Source: Vicinamibacteria bacterium | Lineage (GTDB): Bacteria > Acidobacteriota > Vicinamibacteria > Marinacidobacterales > Marinacidobacteraceae | Assembly (NCBI GenBank): GCA_963422395.1 | Contig: OY729431.1 | Coordinates: 1,184,001-1,248,000, forward strand | DNA length: 64,000 nt | Direction of reading: 5' to 3' | Part shown: in pieces, positions 1 to 10,492 of the stretch | How the letters are laid out: each line of letters opens with the position of its first letter | How positions within the stretch are numbered: the first letter of the stretch is position 1 | Program-made: the position numbers and the translations under genes | The notes under the pieces: generated by a model | Database searches by the model: none | What the model saw: only the letters and a program-made list of their open reading frames with translations | Told to the model about the DNA's origin: nothing

Positions 1-107
1 GATCCGGAGGCCGCCGAGGCCCTGCTCGAGGCTCGAAACGCTTCCTTTCCCCGGGGAAAACTTCGAGCGCCTCGCACCAGCGGCGGGTACACTCGATAAT
101 TCGGTCC

Positions 108-1688
108 ATGACCCCCCGGGCGGCTTGGAGCGCGGCAGTCGCCGCCTTTTTCATCGGAGCGCCGCTTTTCGCTCAGCCGGCCGACCCCCAGCTCGAGCGC
201 GCCGCCGATCGCCGATTTCTGAGCGCCGAGCAGTTCTATGCCGGGGGGCGCCATGCGCAGGCGATCCGCGATTTCGAGGCGATTCTCGACGCGATGACGG
301 AGAGCCGGCTCGCCGACGATGCTGCCTTGCGCATCGCCCGTCATCGTTTCGAGGTCGAGGGGGACCCGGCGGGAGCGGAAGCGATGGTGAGCCGCCTGCT
401 CCGCGAGTTTCCCGCCAGCGATTCGGTTCCCGGCGGCCACCTGCTGCTCGGCCGGATCGCCGCCGACAGCATTCCTCCCCGCCCTGCCGCTGCTCTCGCC
501 GAGTTCGAGCGGGCGTTGACGGCTGCCGGGCCTTCGAGCTCTCCCTGGTCCTTTGCCGCGTTGATGGGGATCGCCCGGATCTCGTGGGACCGCATGGAGG
601 ACCGTACGGCTGCCGGCGCTCTTCTTTCGGCGCTCCACGAGACGGACGGAGCGTCGGTGACGCCGTCGAAACGGTTCGAGGCGCGGTTCCTGCTCGCCCG
701 CAGCCTGGCCCGATTGGGGGAGGCAGACGCGGCGCTCGGCGAGATCGCGAGTCTTCGCGTGGACTTGCTGCGGACCGCAGAGAAAGAAGATCTTCCCTCC
801 GACCCGCCGGAAGGGGAGCCGAGGGAGTTCGATGCCGGAGAGCTCGCCGAGCGCGCCAGCGAGCTCGCGACCCTGGTGGCGCGATATCGCGCGCCCGACG
901 GTCTGGAGTGGCGTTTCAGCGGAGCGCTCAAGCCGCCGAGGGATCTTGAGGAACCGCGCCGGATCCGGATCGCCGACGGAGTTCTCCATCTGCTCGATCG
1001 GGACGCCGATGCGTTGCAGGTCTTCTCGACCACGGGAGAGTTTCGGAGCGCCTTCGGAATCGAGGATTCATGGGATCTGGAGTTCGACGAAGCTTCGCCG
1101 TTCGCTACCGGAGGGGCGATCCCGGTGGTTGCGGCGGAAGAGTCGCTGGTGGTGGGCGGGAACGTCATGCGCCTCCAGGCGGCGGCCGGCGGCCGCGGCT
1201 CCCAGCCGCTGCGGCGGATCCGTGCGGTGACGGTCTCGCCGGAGGGCTACTGGATCTGGGACGACCGGGAGAAAGCAGTTCTGCGCTTTGCCCGCTCGGG
1301 ACTCTTTCTCGGCAGGGTTCCGCATCCGCGCCTCGACGAGGTGCGCCGCATCGCCCGCCACCCTGCCGGGGGGCTCGTCGTCCTCGATGAACGGCAGGGA
1401 GTGCTCGCCTTCGATGCCGAAGGCCGGCGGGTGCTCCATATCTCCTCGCAGCTCGGTATCGGCGAGCCGTTGGATTTCGTCTTCGACGACCTGGGCCACC
1501 TGCTCGTTCTCGGCAGCGAAGGGCCGTCGCTCGCGGTCCACGACCGGGACCTGGCCCCGGTGACGACGCTCGCCGGCGCCGCTTGGTCGGGCGGCTCGCT
1601 GCGGCGTCCGCGTTCGCTCGATGTGGGCGCCGACGGAACGCTCTTCGTGCTCGACGAGTCCACCCGGACGGTGGCCGTGCTGCGGTGA
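108..1688 (+). CDS. Exported TPR (BamD/YfiO-like) plus NHL/6-bladed beta-propeller protein
   Basis: N-terminal signal peptide (…PLFAQ), helical TPR-like repeats (ADDAALRIA, FPASDSVPGGHLLLG), C-terminal NHL-like repeats (PRSLDVGADGTLFVLDE). Confidence 0.7.
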   Translation: MTPRAAWSAAVAAFFIGAPLFAQPADPQLERAADRRFLSAEQFYAGGRHAQAIRDFEAILDAMTESRLADDAALRIARHRFEVEGDPAGAEAMVSRLLREFPASDSVPGGHLLLGRIAADSIPPRPAAALAEFERALTAAGPSSSPWSFAALMGIARISWDRMEDRTAAGALLSALHETDGASVTPSKRFEARFLLARSLARLGEADAALGEIASLRVDLLRTAEKEDLPSDPPEGEPREFDAGELAERASELATLVARYRAPDGLEWRFSGALKPPRDLEEPRRIRIADGVLHLLDRDADALQVFSTTGEFRSAFGIEDSWDLEFDEASPFATGGAIPVVAAEESLVVGGNVMRLQAAAGGRGSQPLRRIRAVTVSPEGYWIWDDREKAVLRFARSGLFLGRVPHPRLDEVRRIARHPAGGLVVLDERQGVLAFDAEGRRVLHISSQLGIGEPLDFVFDDLGHLLVLGSEGPSLAVHDRDLAPVTTLAGAAWSGGSLRRPRSLDVGADGTLFVLDESTRTVAVLR

Positions 1689-3763
1689 GTCCGGCGAACA
1701 TCCGGCTGCGGCTCCCGCTCCGCCGTCTTGGCCTCGCGTCCTGCCTCTCGCTGGTGGGGTGGTCGTTCCTGCCGGGGGGGGCTCTGGCCGGGCAGGGAGG
1801 TTCTTCCTGGGACCCGGCGGCGGTCGCCGCGGAGCTCCTGACGCTCCGCTCCGCGGCATCCGATCCGGACGAGGCCGCCGTCGCGGTTCCCGCATTGACC
1901 CGGATCCTCGAAGAGCTCGACGAGCGGCGCGGCCCGGCGGGAGAATTGCCGCCGACCGAGGCCGAGCTGTTTCTGCGGGCCCTCGAATACCGAGCCCGGG
2001 GCCACGCCGAACGCGGAGCCCGGGAGGCAGCGGCCGATGACCTCCGCATCCTCATCCTCGCCGACCCGGCGCGGAGACTCGATCTCGTTGGATTGTCGCC
2101 GGCGGTGGTGGATCTCTTCGAAACCCAGCGCGGCGAGCTGCTCGCCCACCTCACGGTCCGCACCGAGCCTTCCGGAGCCACGGTGCTGGTGGGAGATGAA
2201 CCGATCGGCGAGACGCCGATCGTCGGGCGGCCGGTGCTCGCCGGATCCCTGGACATCCGGCTGGAGCGGCCCGGATACGCCGCGGCGCGGGAACCGCGGC
2301 GCGAAGTGTTCGCCGGGGAGATGGTCGCGATCGAGCGCGCGTTGGAGCGCGCAAGCCCCGTCCTGTCGGTGATGACCGCCCCTCCCGGGGCAATCGTCCG
2401 GGTTGCCGGCCGGGTGACGGGGACCACGGCCGGCCGGCTTCCCGAGGACCTGATCCCGCTGGTCCCGCCGCGCTTCTCCGAGGAGGAATTCTCGGCGCCC
2501 CTCGCACTCTCCGATCTGACGCTCGGCGCCAACGAGATCACCATCGAAGCCCCCTGCCGCCGCCCGGCGCGGTTCACTTTCCACGCCGATGAGGTCCGCG
2601 ACTATCTGCCGCGCTTCGTTCGTCTCGGCCCCTCGACCGGCGGGCTGCGCATCGAGAGCGAACCCGAGGGCGGGAGGGTGCTGCTCGACGGGGAAGAGCG
2701 AGGCGTCACTCCGCTCGCCTTCTCGGCCATGTGTTCCGGCGAGCATCGGGTCGAGATCCGTCACCCGGCGGGCCGCTGCGTCCGGTCGTTCACGGTTTCG
2801 CGCGCGGCGCGGACGGCGATCCGCTGCGAAGTCCGCCCCGTCCTCTCGTTCGTTCCGAGCGGTCCGCAGTCGGAACCGTCGGTGGACGAAGCCGTCCGGC
2901 GGGCGCTCGAAGGTCGGGAAGGATTCTTCCTGGCAGCCGAGGACGACGAGGAAGTGCAGGCGCGGCTCCGGGTGATGGTTCCCGAACTCGGGGCCGGGCC
3001 CTCGCGGATCGAATTTTTCGCTGCGGGTTCCTTGGTTCCGGATACTGCCGGTTTCGACCGGTTCGCTCCGGAAAGCGCGGCGCGGGCGGCCCTCGAGCTG
3101 CTGACTCCGCCAGTGCGCCGCCGCCCCTGGCTCGGGCTCACCGCCGCGGTCCGCCGGTCCTTCGGGGCGGAAGAGGCCGGATTCCGACTGGAAGTGTCCA
3201 GCGTTCATCCGGCGGGTCCGGCGGTGCTCGCCGGTATCGAACCGGGGGATGGGCTGATCGAGGTGGAAGGCAGGCTGGTCCCGGAGGAAGCCTCGCTGGC
3301 CATGATCGTGGATTCGCTCTCGCCTGGCGCCTCGGTGGACATCCTGGTGCGTCGAGAAGGAGCTGCCCGGACGCTGCATCTGACCCTCGACGAGACCCCG
3401 GTGCTGGCTTCGCTTCGGAGCAGGCAGTGCAACCGTCGGCTGGTTGCCCTCGAAGGAGAGTTCGCCCGCAGTCAGCGCGACGCGGCCCGGGAGCTGGAGG
3501 CGGGCATCTGCTGGATCATGCTCGGGGATCCCAGCCGCGCTCTGCGAGAGCACCTGAACGATCTGCGTCTCTCCGGGAGCGCGGGGATCGGCGAGGGTAC
3601 GGTTCTCTACTATCGGGGTCTCGCTCTTCTCGCCGCTGCGGAACCCGCGCGCGCGGCGGCGGCGTTCGAAGCCGCCGCGGCGGTTCCGGGAGCCACCCTC
3701 GTGACCCACGACGGCCCGCTCCTCGCCCCGCTGGCCCGGCGCCGTGCCGCGATGCCCCGCTGA
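1685..3763 (+). CDS. PEGA-domain / PDZ-domain / TPR exported protein
   Basis: GTG start overlaps upstream TGA (GTGA); PEGA repeats (VRTEPSGATVLVG..GETP, IESEPEGGRVLLDG..GVTP); PDZ motif (VHPAGPAVLAGIEPGDGLIEVEG). Confidence 0.75.
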   Translation: MSPANIRLRLPLRRLGLASCLSLVGWSFLPGGALAGQGGSSWDPAAVAAELLTLRSAASDPDEAAVAVPALTRILEELDERRGPAGELPPTEAELFLRALEYRARGHAERGAREAAADDLRILILADPARRLDLVGLSPAVVDLFETQRGELLAHLTVRTEPSGATVLVGDEPIGETPIVGRPVLAGSLDIRLERPGYAAAREPRREVFAGEMVAIERALERASPVLSVMTAPPGAIVRVAGRVTGTTAGRLPEDLIPLVPPRFSEEEFSAPLALSDLTLGANEITIEAPCRRPARFTFHADEVRDYLPRFVRLGPSTGGLRIESEPEGGRVLLDGEERGVTPLAFSAMCSGEHRVEIRHPAGRCVRSFTVSRAARTAIRCEVRPVLSFVPSGPQSEPSVDEAVRRALEGREGFFLAAEDDEEVQARLRVMVPELGAGPSRIEFFAAGSLVPDTAGFDRFAPESAARAALELLTPPVRRRPWLGLTAAVRRSFGAEEAGFRLEVSSVHPAGPAVLAGIEPGDGLIEVEGRLVPEEASLAMIVDSLSPGASVDILVRREGAARTLHLTLDETPVLASLRSRQCNRRLVALEGEFARSQRDAARELEAGICWIMLGDPSRALREHLNDLRLSGSAGIGEGTVLYYRGLALLAAAEPARAAAAFEAAAAVPGATLVTHDGPLLAPLARRRAAMPR

Positions 3764-3773
3764 TGGAATCCGG

Positions 3774-4427
3774 TTGAGCGAAAGCCGATCCGGGCACGCC
3801 GCTCCGATCTATACGCTGGTGGTGGAGACGGCTCCGTCCGGGACCGCTCCCAGGGAGCAGCAACCGCCGCCGGCGCGCCACGAGATCGCGTCCCGGGAGA
3901 CCGTGATCGGGCGCTCTCCGGCGGCTACGGTGCGGCTCGACGATCTCTTCGTCAGCATCCGGCACGCGCGGCTGCTGCTCCGCGATCACGACCTGCACCT
4001 CGAAGATCTCGGCAGCACGAACACCACTCGCCGGAACGGAGTCGTGGTCCGGACCCGGGTGCGGGTGAACGCCGGCGATGTCCTCGAATTCGGACCGGTC
4101 CGCTGCCGCGTCGAGGGAGAGGGAACCGCCCCCGGAGAACGGGCGGCCTCGTCCGAAGCTCCCGCCGCTGCGTCTCCTCCCGCCGAGACGGCGCCCCGGC
4201 GGCCGGCTTCCGGGGCTGCGCCGCCCTCGAGCCCGGAACCGAATGGGCCGGACCCCGTGCCCGCCGGCCCGCGAGCGCCCGCTCGGCCGGCGGCTGAACC
4301 GCCCCGCGTCTTCGCGGCCGGCCCGTTTCCCGGGGAACCGCGCCGCACGCGGATCCGGGCAGCTCTCTGGCTCGCGGCGGTGCTCGCGGTGCTTGCGGCG
4401 GTTTCTTCGGCAGGGCTCTTCCGATGA
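3774..4427 (+). CDS. FHA domain protein with Pro-rich linker and C-terminal TM helix
   Basis: FHA motifs IGRS, VSIRHA, DLGSTNTT; start uncertain (TTG 3774 or upstream). Confidence 0.8.
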   Translation: MSESRSGHAAPIYTLVVETAPSGTAPREQQPPPARHEIASRETVIGRSPAATVRLDDLFVSIRHARLLLRDHDLHLEDLGSTNTTRRNGVVVRTRVRVNAGDVLEFGPVRCRVEGEGTAPGERAASSEAPAAASPPAETAPRRPASGAAPPSSPEPNGPDPVPAGPRAPARPAAEPPRVFAAGPFPGEPRRTRIRAALWLAAVLAVLAAVSSAGLFR

Positions 4428-5335
4428 AACCGCGCGCGGTGCTTCCCGGCGCCGTCCTCGGCATCCTGGCCCCGGCGAGCCCGGTCCAGCTGCGCTGGCT
4501 CGAAGCCGGCGAGCGAGAGTTGCGCGAGCGAGGCTTTCACCCGCGCCGCGGATCGAATCTGCTCGCCCGCCGCGAGTACACCGCGGGTTCCGCCGACGAA
4601 CGCGCCGCGGACTTTCTGGAGCTCTGGGGCGATGCACGGGTGGCGGCCCTCTGGTGCGCCCGCGGGGGCTACGGCAGCCTCGACCTGCTCTCCCGGATCC
4701 CCCCGGATCGTATGCGCCAGGACCCCAAGGCGATCCTCGGCGCGAGCGATGCGACGGCGCTGCTGGCGCTGGCGTCGAGCGCCGGGGTCGTCTCCTTCCA
4801 CGGCCCGATGGTGGCCCAGCAGATAGCACGGGGAGTAGGTTCTTGGGACGCCGAAGAGACCCTCGCGGTCCTGGGCGCCCGGGAGGCGGGCCTCCAGCTG
4901 CCCTGGCGCGGGGCGAAGCTGCTGCACCCCGGCACCGCGGAGGGGGTGCTCCGGGGCGGGTGCCTTTCGCTCCTGGCGGCGCTCGCCGGAACTCGCTTCG
5001 CGGTGGGCTTCGGGGGAGCGATCGCGGTACTCGAGGACATCGCGGTCAAGCCCTACCAGATCGAACGAATGCTGACCCAACTGAGGCTCGCCGGACTCCT
5101 CGACGGAGTGCGGGGCATCGTCTTCGGAGAGATGCCGGGCTCGATCCAGCACCCGGACCAGGGATACACGATCGAGGAGCTCCTCCTCCGTCTCACCGAG
5201 CGGTTCGGCGTCCCGACCGCGATGGGTTTCGCGACTGGCCACACCGCGGCAGCCCCCGGCCGGACGATTCCGTTCGAGGTGCGCGCCCGGATGGACGAGC
5301 ACGGTCTGACTCTCCTCGAAGGCGCCGTTCGGTGA
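4424..5335 (+). CDS. ldcA: LD-carboxypeptidase (peptidase S66)
   Basis: Motifs ARGGYG, GASDATA, FHGPM, LEDI, GH; adjacent to mpl. Confidence 0.9.
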   Translation: MKPRAVLPGAVLGILAPASPVQLRWLEAGERELRERGFHPRRGSNLLARREYTAGSADERAADFLELWGDARVAALWCARGGYGSLDLLSRIPPDRMRQDPKAILGASDATALLALASSAGVVSFHGPMVAQQIARGVGSWDAEETLAVLGAREAGLQLPWRGAKLLHPGTAEGVLRGGCLSLLAALAGTRFAVGFGGAIAVLEDIAVKPYQIERMLTQLRLAGLLDGVRGIVFGEMPGSIQHPDQGYTIEELLLRLTERFGVPTAMGFATGHTAAAPGRTIPFEVRARMDEHGLTLLEGAVR

Positions 5336-5386
5336 TTTCCGGCGCTTCGATCCGGCCCGGACTCCTCGGCCGGTGATCCCCGCCCC

Positions 5387-6859
5387 ATGATCTTCGGCCC
5401 GACGCCCGGCGATCCGCTGCATTTGCTCGGCGTGGCGGGAACCGCCATGGCGTCTCTGGCGGGGCTTCTCTCCCGCTTCGGCTACCGGGTGACCGGCTCC
5501 GACCAGGGTGCCTATCCGCCGATGTCCACTTTGCTGGAAGGAGAGGGGATCGCGATCCGGGCGCCGTTTTCCCCGGACAACCTGCCCGACCCCTGCCGGG
5601 CGGTGATCGTCGGGAACGCAGTGTCGCGCGGAAATCCAGAACTCGAAGCTGCGCTCGACCGCAGGCTGCCGCTTTGGTCCTTCCCGGAAACCCTGCGCGA
5701 GATCTTGCTCCGCGCCCGCATCCCGGTGGTGGTCGCCGGAACCCACGGCAAGACGACGACCACGGCGCTGCTCGCCTGGATCCTCCGCTCTGCGGGCCGC
5801 GACGCCGGATTCCTCGTCGGCGGGGCGCCCGCGGACCTCGGGGGCAGCTTTCGAGCGGGCGCGCCCGGCGAGCCCTTCGTCGTCGAGGGGGACGAATACG
5901 ACACCGCCTACTGGGACAAGGGGCCGAAGTTCCTCCACTACCTCCCGGAGGTGGCGATCGTCGGCAATGTGGAGTTCGACCACGCCGACATCTACTCCGA
6001 TTTCGCTGCGGTGCGCCGGCAGTTCTCCTTCCTCGCCCGTTTGCCGCCGCGCCGCGGCCTCTTGTTGCTCGGTGCCGATTCCCCGGCGGCGCTCGATCTC
6101 CGGGAGTACGCTCACACCACGGTCCGGACCTTTTCGGTTCGAGACCCGGCCTCCGGTTCCCCTTCCGGGGGGGCGGACTGGACCGCGGCCCCGGAGGGGT
6201 CCGGCCCCGCCGGCACCCGCCTCGCGGCGGCGTTTCGGAGAGAGGCGAAGCCGCCGCTCGAAGGCCGTTTCTGGGGTGCGGCTTCGGCTCGCAATGTGCT
6301 GGCCGCCGCCGCTGCTGCAGACTGGCTCGGAGTCTCCTGGAGGCAGATCGGGGACGCGGTGCGGAGTTTTTCCGGGGTGGCCCGGCGCCTCGAGGTCCTC
6401 GCCTCCCGGGCGGATGGGAGCGTCGTGGTCGTGCGCGATTTCGCCCACCACCCCACCGCGGTGGAAGCCGTGCTCGAAGCTGCGGCAAAGCGCTGGCCGG
6501 ACGCCCGACGGGTGGCGGTCTTCGAACCGCGCTCCTTCACCGCCCGCAGCGCACACTTCCAGGGGCGTTTCGCGCAGTCCTTCCGGAACGCGGCCCGGGT
6601 GCTGCTCGCTGCCGATACCGGCGAGTCGCGCGGCCGCCACCCGGAAGAGGCTGCTCGCCTCGACCTCGACCGGCTCGCGGCCGATCTCGCGGCGCACGCC
6701 GTCCCCGCCGAGGTTCCGACCGGCCATGCCGCCCTCGTCGAGCGGGTCCTCGAACTGGCGGACTCTCCCGAACCCACCGTCTTCCTCTTCCTCTCGAACG
6801 GCCATTTCGACGGCATCCCCGAACGGGCCGCCCGAACTCTCGGGTTACCGCACAGCTGA
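5387..6859 (+). CDS. mpl: UDP-N-acetylmuramate:L-Ala-gamma-D-Glu-mDAP ligase
   Basis: GVAGTAMASLA, YPPMST, GTHGKTTT, EGDEYDTA, EFDHADIY, DFAHHPTA, FEPRS. Confidence 0.92.
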   Translation: MIFGPTPGDPLHLLGVAGTAMASLAGLLSRFGYRVTGSDQGAYPPMSTLLEGEGIAIRAPFSPDNLPDPCRAVIVGNAVSRGNPELEAALDRRLPLWSFPETLREILLRARIPVVVAGTHGKTTTTALLAWILRSAGRDAGFLVGGAPADLGGSFRAGAPGEPFVVEGDEYDTAYWDKGPKFLHYLPEVAIVGNVEFDHADIYSDFAAVRRQFSFLARLPPRRGLLLLGADSPAALDLREYAHTTVRTFSVRDPASGSPSGGADWTAAPEGSGPAGTRLAAAFRREAKPPLEGRFWGAASARNVLAAAAAADWLGVSWRQIGDAVRSFSGVARRLEVLASRADGSVVVVRDFAHHPTAVEAVLEAAAKRWPDARRVAVFEPRSFTARSAHFQGRFAQSFRNAARVLLAADTGESRGRHPEEAARLDLDRLAADLAAHAVPAEVPTGHAALVERVLELADSPEPTVFLFLSNGHFDGIPERAARTLGLPHS

Positions 6860-6879
6860 CGAAACGTTTGCCGCGGGAG

Positions 6880-7080
6880 TGTTGCCGACCGAATCACAAC
6901 GAAGAGCGAAGCGGTTCAGCCAGGGCCCCACCGGGAGGACTGGGCATCGCCGGTCGCTCCGAGCGGGGCCGAATATGGCCCCGCGAGCACGCCGGAGAGT
7001 GAGGGCTCCCGGTCGGGGAGGCTAGACCGGGAGCCCCTCGCTACTCGGCAATGCCGTGTGACTTCGTCCACGGGCTGCTA
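6880..7080. mobile_element. MITE-family copy (right end plus internal sequence), related to 40846-41023
   Basis: Shares CAACGAAGAGCGAAGCGGTTCAGCC (6897-6921 = 40949-40973) and the terminal TGCCGTGTGACTTyGTCCACGGGCTGCTA (7052-7080 vs 40994-41022). Confidence 0.7.
7003..7036. terminator. 12-bp perfect hairpin between convergent mpl and amidase genes
   Basis: GGGCTCCCGGTC…GACCGGGAGCCC; no U-tract, so function is tentative. Confidence 0.4.
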
Positions 7081-8772
7081 AAGGCTCGGGTGGCGTTCGT
7101 GGTAGTCGGTTGCGTCCTGAAGCGCCTTCGCGGCGCGCAGGAGCCGTTCCTCTCCGTAGATCTGCCCCACGAGCGAGATGCCCGTCGGCGTACCGTCCGC
7201 GGTGAAACCGTTGGGTACGGTCACGACCGGGTGGCCGGTCATGCTCGTCAGCGGATTGATCGCGCGCCACGGAGACAAGACGGCGTCGATGTCCGCCATC
7301 TCGTCGGCCATCTCTTCCATGAACAGCCGCCGGATTCGGTTGGCCTGCAAGTACTCGACCGCGGGGACGAGATGGGACGCGCGGAGCTCGCCGCGATGCC
7401 GCTGCCGCTTCAGGTCTCGGTCTCGCCGGGTCCGCGCGAATTCGTCGAAACCGGCCGCGCGCTCCACGTACTCGATGAAATAGGTGAGGCGGCTCTGCGG
7501 GATCGCCACCGGTTTCAGGTCGTAGCCCAGCGACCGAAGAGTGGCCAGGCTCTCGCGGGCCGACGCCTCGTTCTCTTCGTCTCTTGAGGGCTCCGGATCC
7601 GCGAACGCGGACTCGAGATAGCCGAGCCGCAGATCGCGCGCGGAAGCGCTGCCGTCCCAATTGAACGGAACGCCGTCCACCACGGCGAGATCTCGGTCGT
7701 CGCGACCGGCGATGGCCCGCAGCACCAGCGCGTTGTCCTCGACCGTTCGGGTCATGGGTCCGATCTTGTCCAGAGAGTACCCCGCGGCCATCACCCCGTG
7801 CCGGCTGACTCTGCCGAAGGTCGGGCGGAGACCGACGATGCCGCAGCGCACCGCCGGCGAGAGGATCGAACCGCCGGTATCGGTTCCGATCGCGAACCCC
7901 ACCAGGCCGGCGGCGGTCGCCGAGCCCGAGCCGGCGGAAGACCCGCTGGAGCCTTCCTGCGGGTTCCACGGGTTGTTCGTGCGCCCGCCGAACCACTGGT
8001 CGCCGAAAGCGAGCTCACCCGTCGTGAGCTTGGCGACGAGGACTGCGCCCGCGGCATCCAGACGCTCGACGACGGCGGCGTCGATATCGAGGATCTGATC
8101 CTCGAAGGGGGCGGCACCCCAGGTCGTGCGATACCCGCGCACCGAGATGATGTCCTTGGCCCCCCAGGGAATGCCGTGGAGCGGGCCTCGGTAGCGTCCG
8201 GCAGCGATCTCGGCATCCGCTCGTTGCGCCTGCTCGCGAGCCCGGTCTCGGGTGAGAGTCACGACGCAGTTGAGGACCGGATTCAGTCGCTCGAGCCGCG
8301 AGAGATACATGTCGGTGAGCTCGATCGCGCTGACCTCGCGCGTCTCGACCAGGCGGGCCAGGTGGGTTACCGGCCAGAACGCGGCCTCCTCCAGATTCGC
8401 GGGACGCGGCACCGCGGGCACGGCTCCCAGGCGAACCCCCCGTTCGTTGCGGTCGAAACGCATCCCGGGAACGGCCGGGTTGAAATAGAGGGGAGGCGGG
8501 ACGGAGTTGTCGAGAGGCGTCTTCCGGATCTCCTGGTAGTGATCGAAATTCGCGTTCACCTCGTCCAGCATGAGGTCGTACTCCTCGTCGGTGAACTCGA
8601 GCCCGGCGAGAGCCGCGGCCTCCTGCATCATGCCGAGGTTCACGCGCTCGGCACCGGTTTCCTGCAGACGCGCCCAAAGCACGCCGGGGAACAGTGTCGT
8701 GGTCAGTCCGGCACTGGAAAAACAAGCGAGGAAATTCCTGCGCGAGTGGTCGTTCTCCGGAGAGAGTTTCAT
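7078..8772 (-). CDS. Amidase signature family protein, Tat-like signal
   Basis: SRRNFL twin-Arg motif; GPLHGIPWGAKD, GSSGSSAGS, IGTDTGGSI. Confidence 0.9.
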   Translation of the reverse strand: MKLSPENDHSRRNFLACFSSAGLTTTLFPGVLWARLQETGAERVNLGMMQEAAALAGLEFTDEEYDLMLDEVNANFDHYQEIRKTPLDNSVPPPLYFNPAVPGMRFDRNERGVRLGAVPAVPRPANLEEAAFWPVTHLARLVETREVSAIELTDMYLSRLERLNPVLNCVVTLTRDRAREQAQRADAEIAAGRYRGPLHGIPWGAKDIISVRGYRTTWGAAPFEDQILDIDAAVVERLDAAGAVLVAKLTTGELAFGDQWFGGRTNNPWNPQEGSSGSSAGSGSATAAGLVGFAIGTDTGGSILSPAVRCGIVGLRPTFGRVSRHGVMAAGYSLDKIGPMTRTVEDNALVLRAIAGRDDRDLAVVDGVPFNWDGSASARDLRLGYLESAFADPEPSRDEENEASARESLATLRSLGYDLKPVAIPQSRLTYFIEYVERAAGFDEFARTRRDRDLKRQRHRGELRASHLVPAVEYLQANRIRRLFMEEMADEMADIDAVLSPWRAINPLTSMTGHPVVTVPNGFTADGTPTGISLVGQIYGEERLLRAAKALQDATDYHERHPSL

Positions 8773-8801
8773 CGGGCGCCTCGCTACTCGGCACTCGTCT
8801 G

Positions 8802-10460
8802 TCAGCGCCGGACGATGTGGGGGAGGAGGGTGTCGCGGTCGAGGTCGGCGCGGCGGGCGATCCGGGGGGTGATCGTCAGGATGATGTCGGACTCCAGCGC
8901 GGTTTCGGAGTTCTGGCCGAAGAGGCGGCCGAGCAGTGGGATATCGGCGATTCCGGGAAGCCCGTTGAGGCTCCGGCGCTCCTCTTGGCGGATCAGGCCC
9001 GCGAGCATGCTGGTCTCGCCGTTCCGGAGCCGGAGGGTGGTCTCCACGCTGCGGTTGCCGAAGGTGGGGAGTCCGGAGTAACCGGTTCCCGAAACATTGT
9101 CGAGGCGCACCTTCACTTCGAGGGTCACGCTGTCGTCGTGATGGAGGCGGGGCAGGATTTCGATGCTGACTCCCACATTCTCGTACTCGAAGGTGGTGGT
9201 GGGCTGCTGGGCGAGTCCGCCGGTCGCGATCGGAGCGAAGGTAGTGACCGGAACCGGCACCCGTTCTCCGAAGTCCGCAGTGGCGGTCTTGCCGTCGGAA
9301 GCGCGGAGCTGCGGGTTGGCGAGCACCTGGGTGTCGGCGTCGGTGCGGACCAGGTTCAGGATCGCTGCCGGCAGCCCGGCCACCCGCAGGTTCGAGCGGC
9401 GGTAAGGGTTTTCGAGGACGGTGTCGAGCCGGGGTGCGAGGGCGAGCTGGAGCCCTTCGGAGTCCGGCGACACCAGCGGGATGCCGTACTGCTGGAGGTG
9501 GGTTCGGTTCACCTCCATGAGCTCCACATCCACGAGAACCTCGCCGGGGCTTCGGTCGAGCGATTCGATGATGCGCGCGGCCGAGCGGACCTGTTCCCAA
9601 GTGTCCACCAGGGTGATCGAGTTCGTTCCGGGGTGCTGGGCGATCTGCCGGAGCCCCAGCACCACCCGCAGGGTATCGGTGGTCTCCACCAGGTCCGCGG
9701 TGGACAGATAGAAGGTCTGTGCCACCACCTGTTCGTACTGGGTTCGCTTCGTCTGCGTGTCGGGGACGATCGTGATCAGGTGCGGCGATTCGACCCGGAA
9801 GAAGTGGCCGGTGGTGGAGGTCAGCCCCCGGACCGCGTCCTCGAAAGTGGAGTCCTCGGCTTCGATGGAGACCGGCTGGTCCACGAAGTCCTCGTCGAAG
9901 ACCACATTCACCCCGCCGATCTCGCCGAGGGTCAGAAGCACATCCCGGAGGCTCGCGTCCCGGAATACGAAACTCGCGGGAGCTCGGGCGTCTCGGAGGA
10001 CATCGAGGCCGAGCGGACGGGAAAGCGCCTCCTCCTTGAGTGCGGCGAGAGTGCGGGCGCGAGCCTCGCGGTCCTGCCCGGCGGCGGCTTCGCGCACCTC
10101 CTGGAGCCGCTCCTGGTAGGAGGCTTCGTTCGGGGCGAAGAGGATCGCGCTTCGCAGTTCGTCCTCGGCCCCCCGGTAATCCTCCGCCGCCACCCGTCGT
10201 TCCGCCTCTCGGGCGTGTTCCTCGGCGGCCCGCAGCTTGGCGCGAGTCAGGGAGAGCGCCGCCGCCTGGTCGGACGGATCCTCGGAGACGGCGCGCGCAT
10301 AGTGGGCGACCGCTTCGTCGTAACGGCCGGTCCGTTCGGCGGTTTCGCCCGCGGCGAGGTGCCGGCTGCCGGCGCAGCCCCCGAGTCCGACGAGCAGCGC
10401 ACAACCGACGAGGAACGCGAAGCGAGAGCCTGCTGCATCTTCGATCGCCATGGGGGGCAT
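8802..10460 (-). CDS. Secretin (GspD/PilQ-like) with N-terminal lipoprotein signal and TPR
   Basis: Lipobox LGGC; secretin motifs LANPQL, GERVP, NGETSMLAGLI, PGIADIPLLGRLF, LTITPRI. Confidence 0.88.
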   Translation of the reverse strand: MPPMAIEDAAGSRFAFLVGCALLVGLGGCAGSRHLAAGETAERTGRYDEAVAHYARAVSEDPSDQAAALSLTRAKLRAAEEHAREAERRVAAEDYRGAEDELRSAILFAPNEASYQERLQEVREAAAGQDREARARTLAALKEEALSRPLGLDVLRDARAPASFVFRDASLRDVLLTLGEIGGVNVVFDEDFVDQPVSIEAEDSTFEDAVRGLTSTTGHFFRVESPHLITIVPDTQTKRTQYEQVVAQTFYLSTADLVETTDTLRVVLGLRQIAQHPGTNSITLVDTWEQVRSAARIIESLDRSPGEVLVDVELMEVNRTHLQQYGIPLVSPDSEGLQLALAPRLDTVLENPYRRSNLRVAGLPAAILNLVRTDADTQVLANPQLRASDGKTATADFGERVPVPVTTFAPIATGGLAQQPTTTFEYENVGVSIEILPRLHHDDSVTLEVKVRLDNVSGTGYSGLPTFGNRSVETTLRLRNGETSMLAGLIRQEERRSLNGLPGIADIPLLGRLFGQNSETALESDIILTITPRIARRADLDRDTLLPHIVRR

Positions 10461-10492
10461 CGAGCCTCCGGGCAGCGGTGGGCGCCGTCCGT

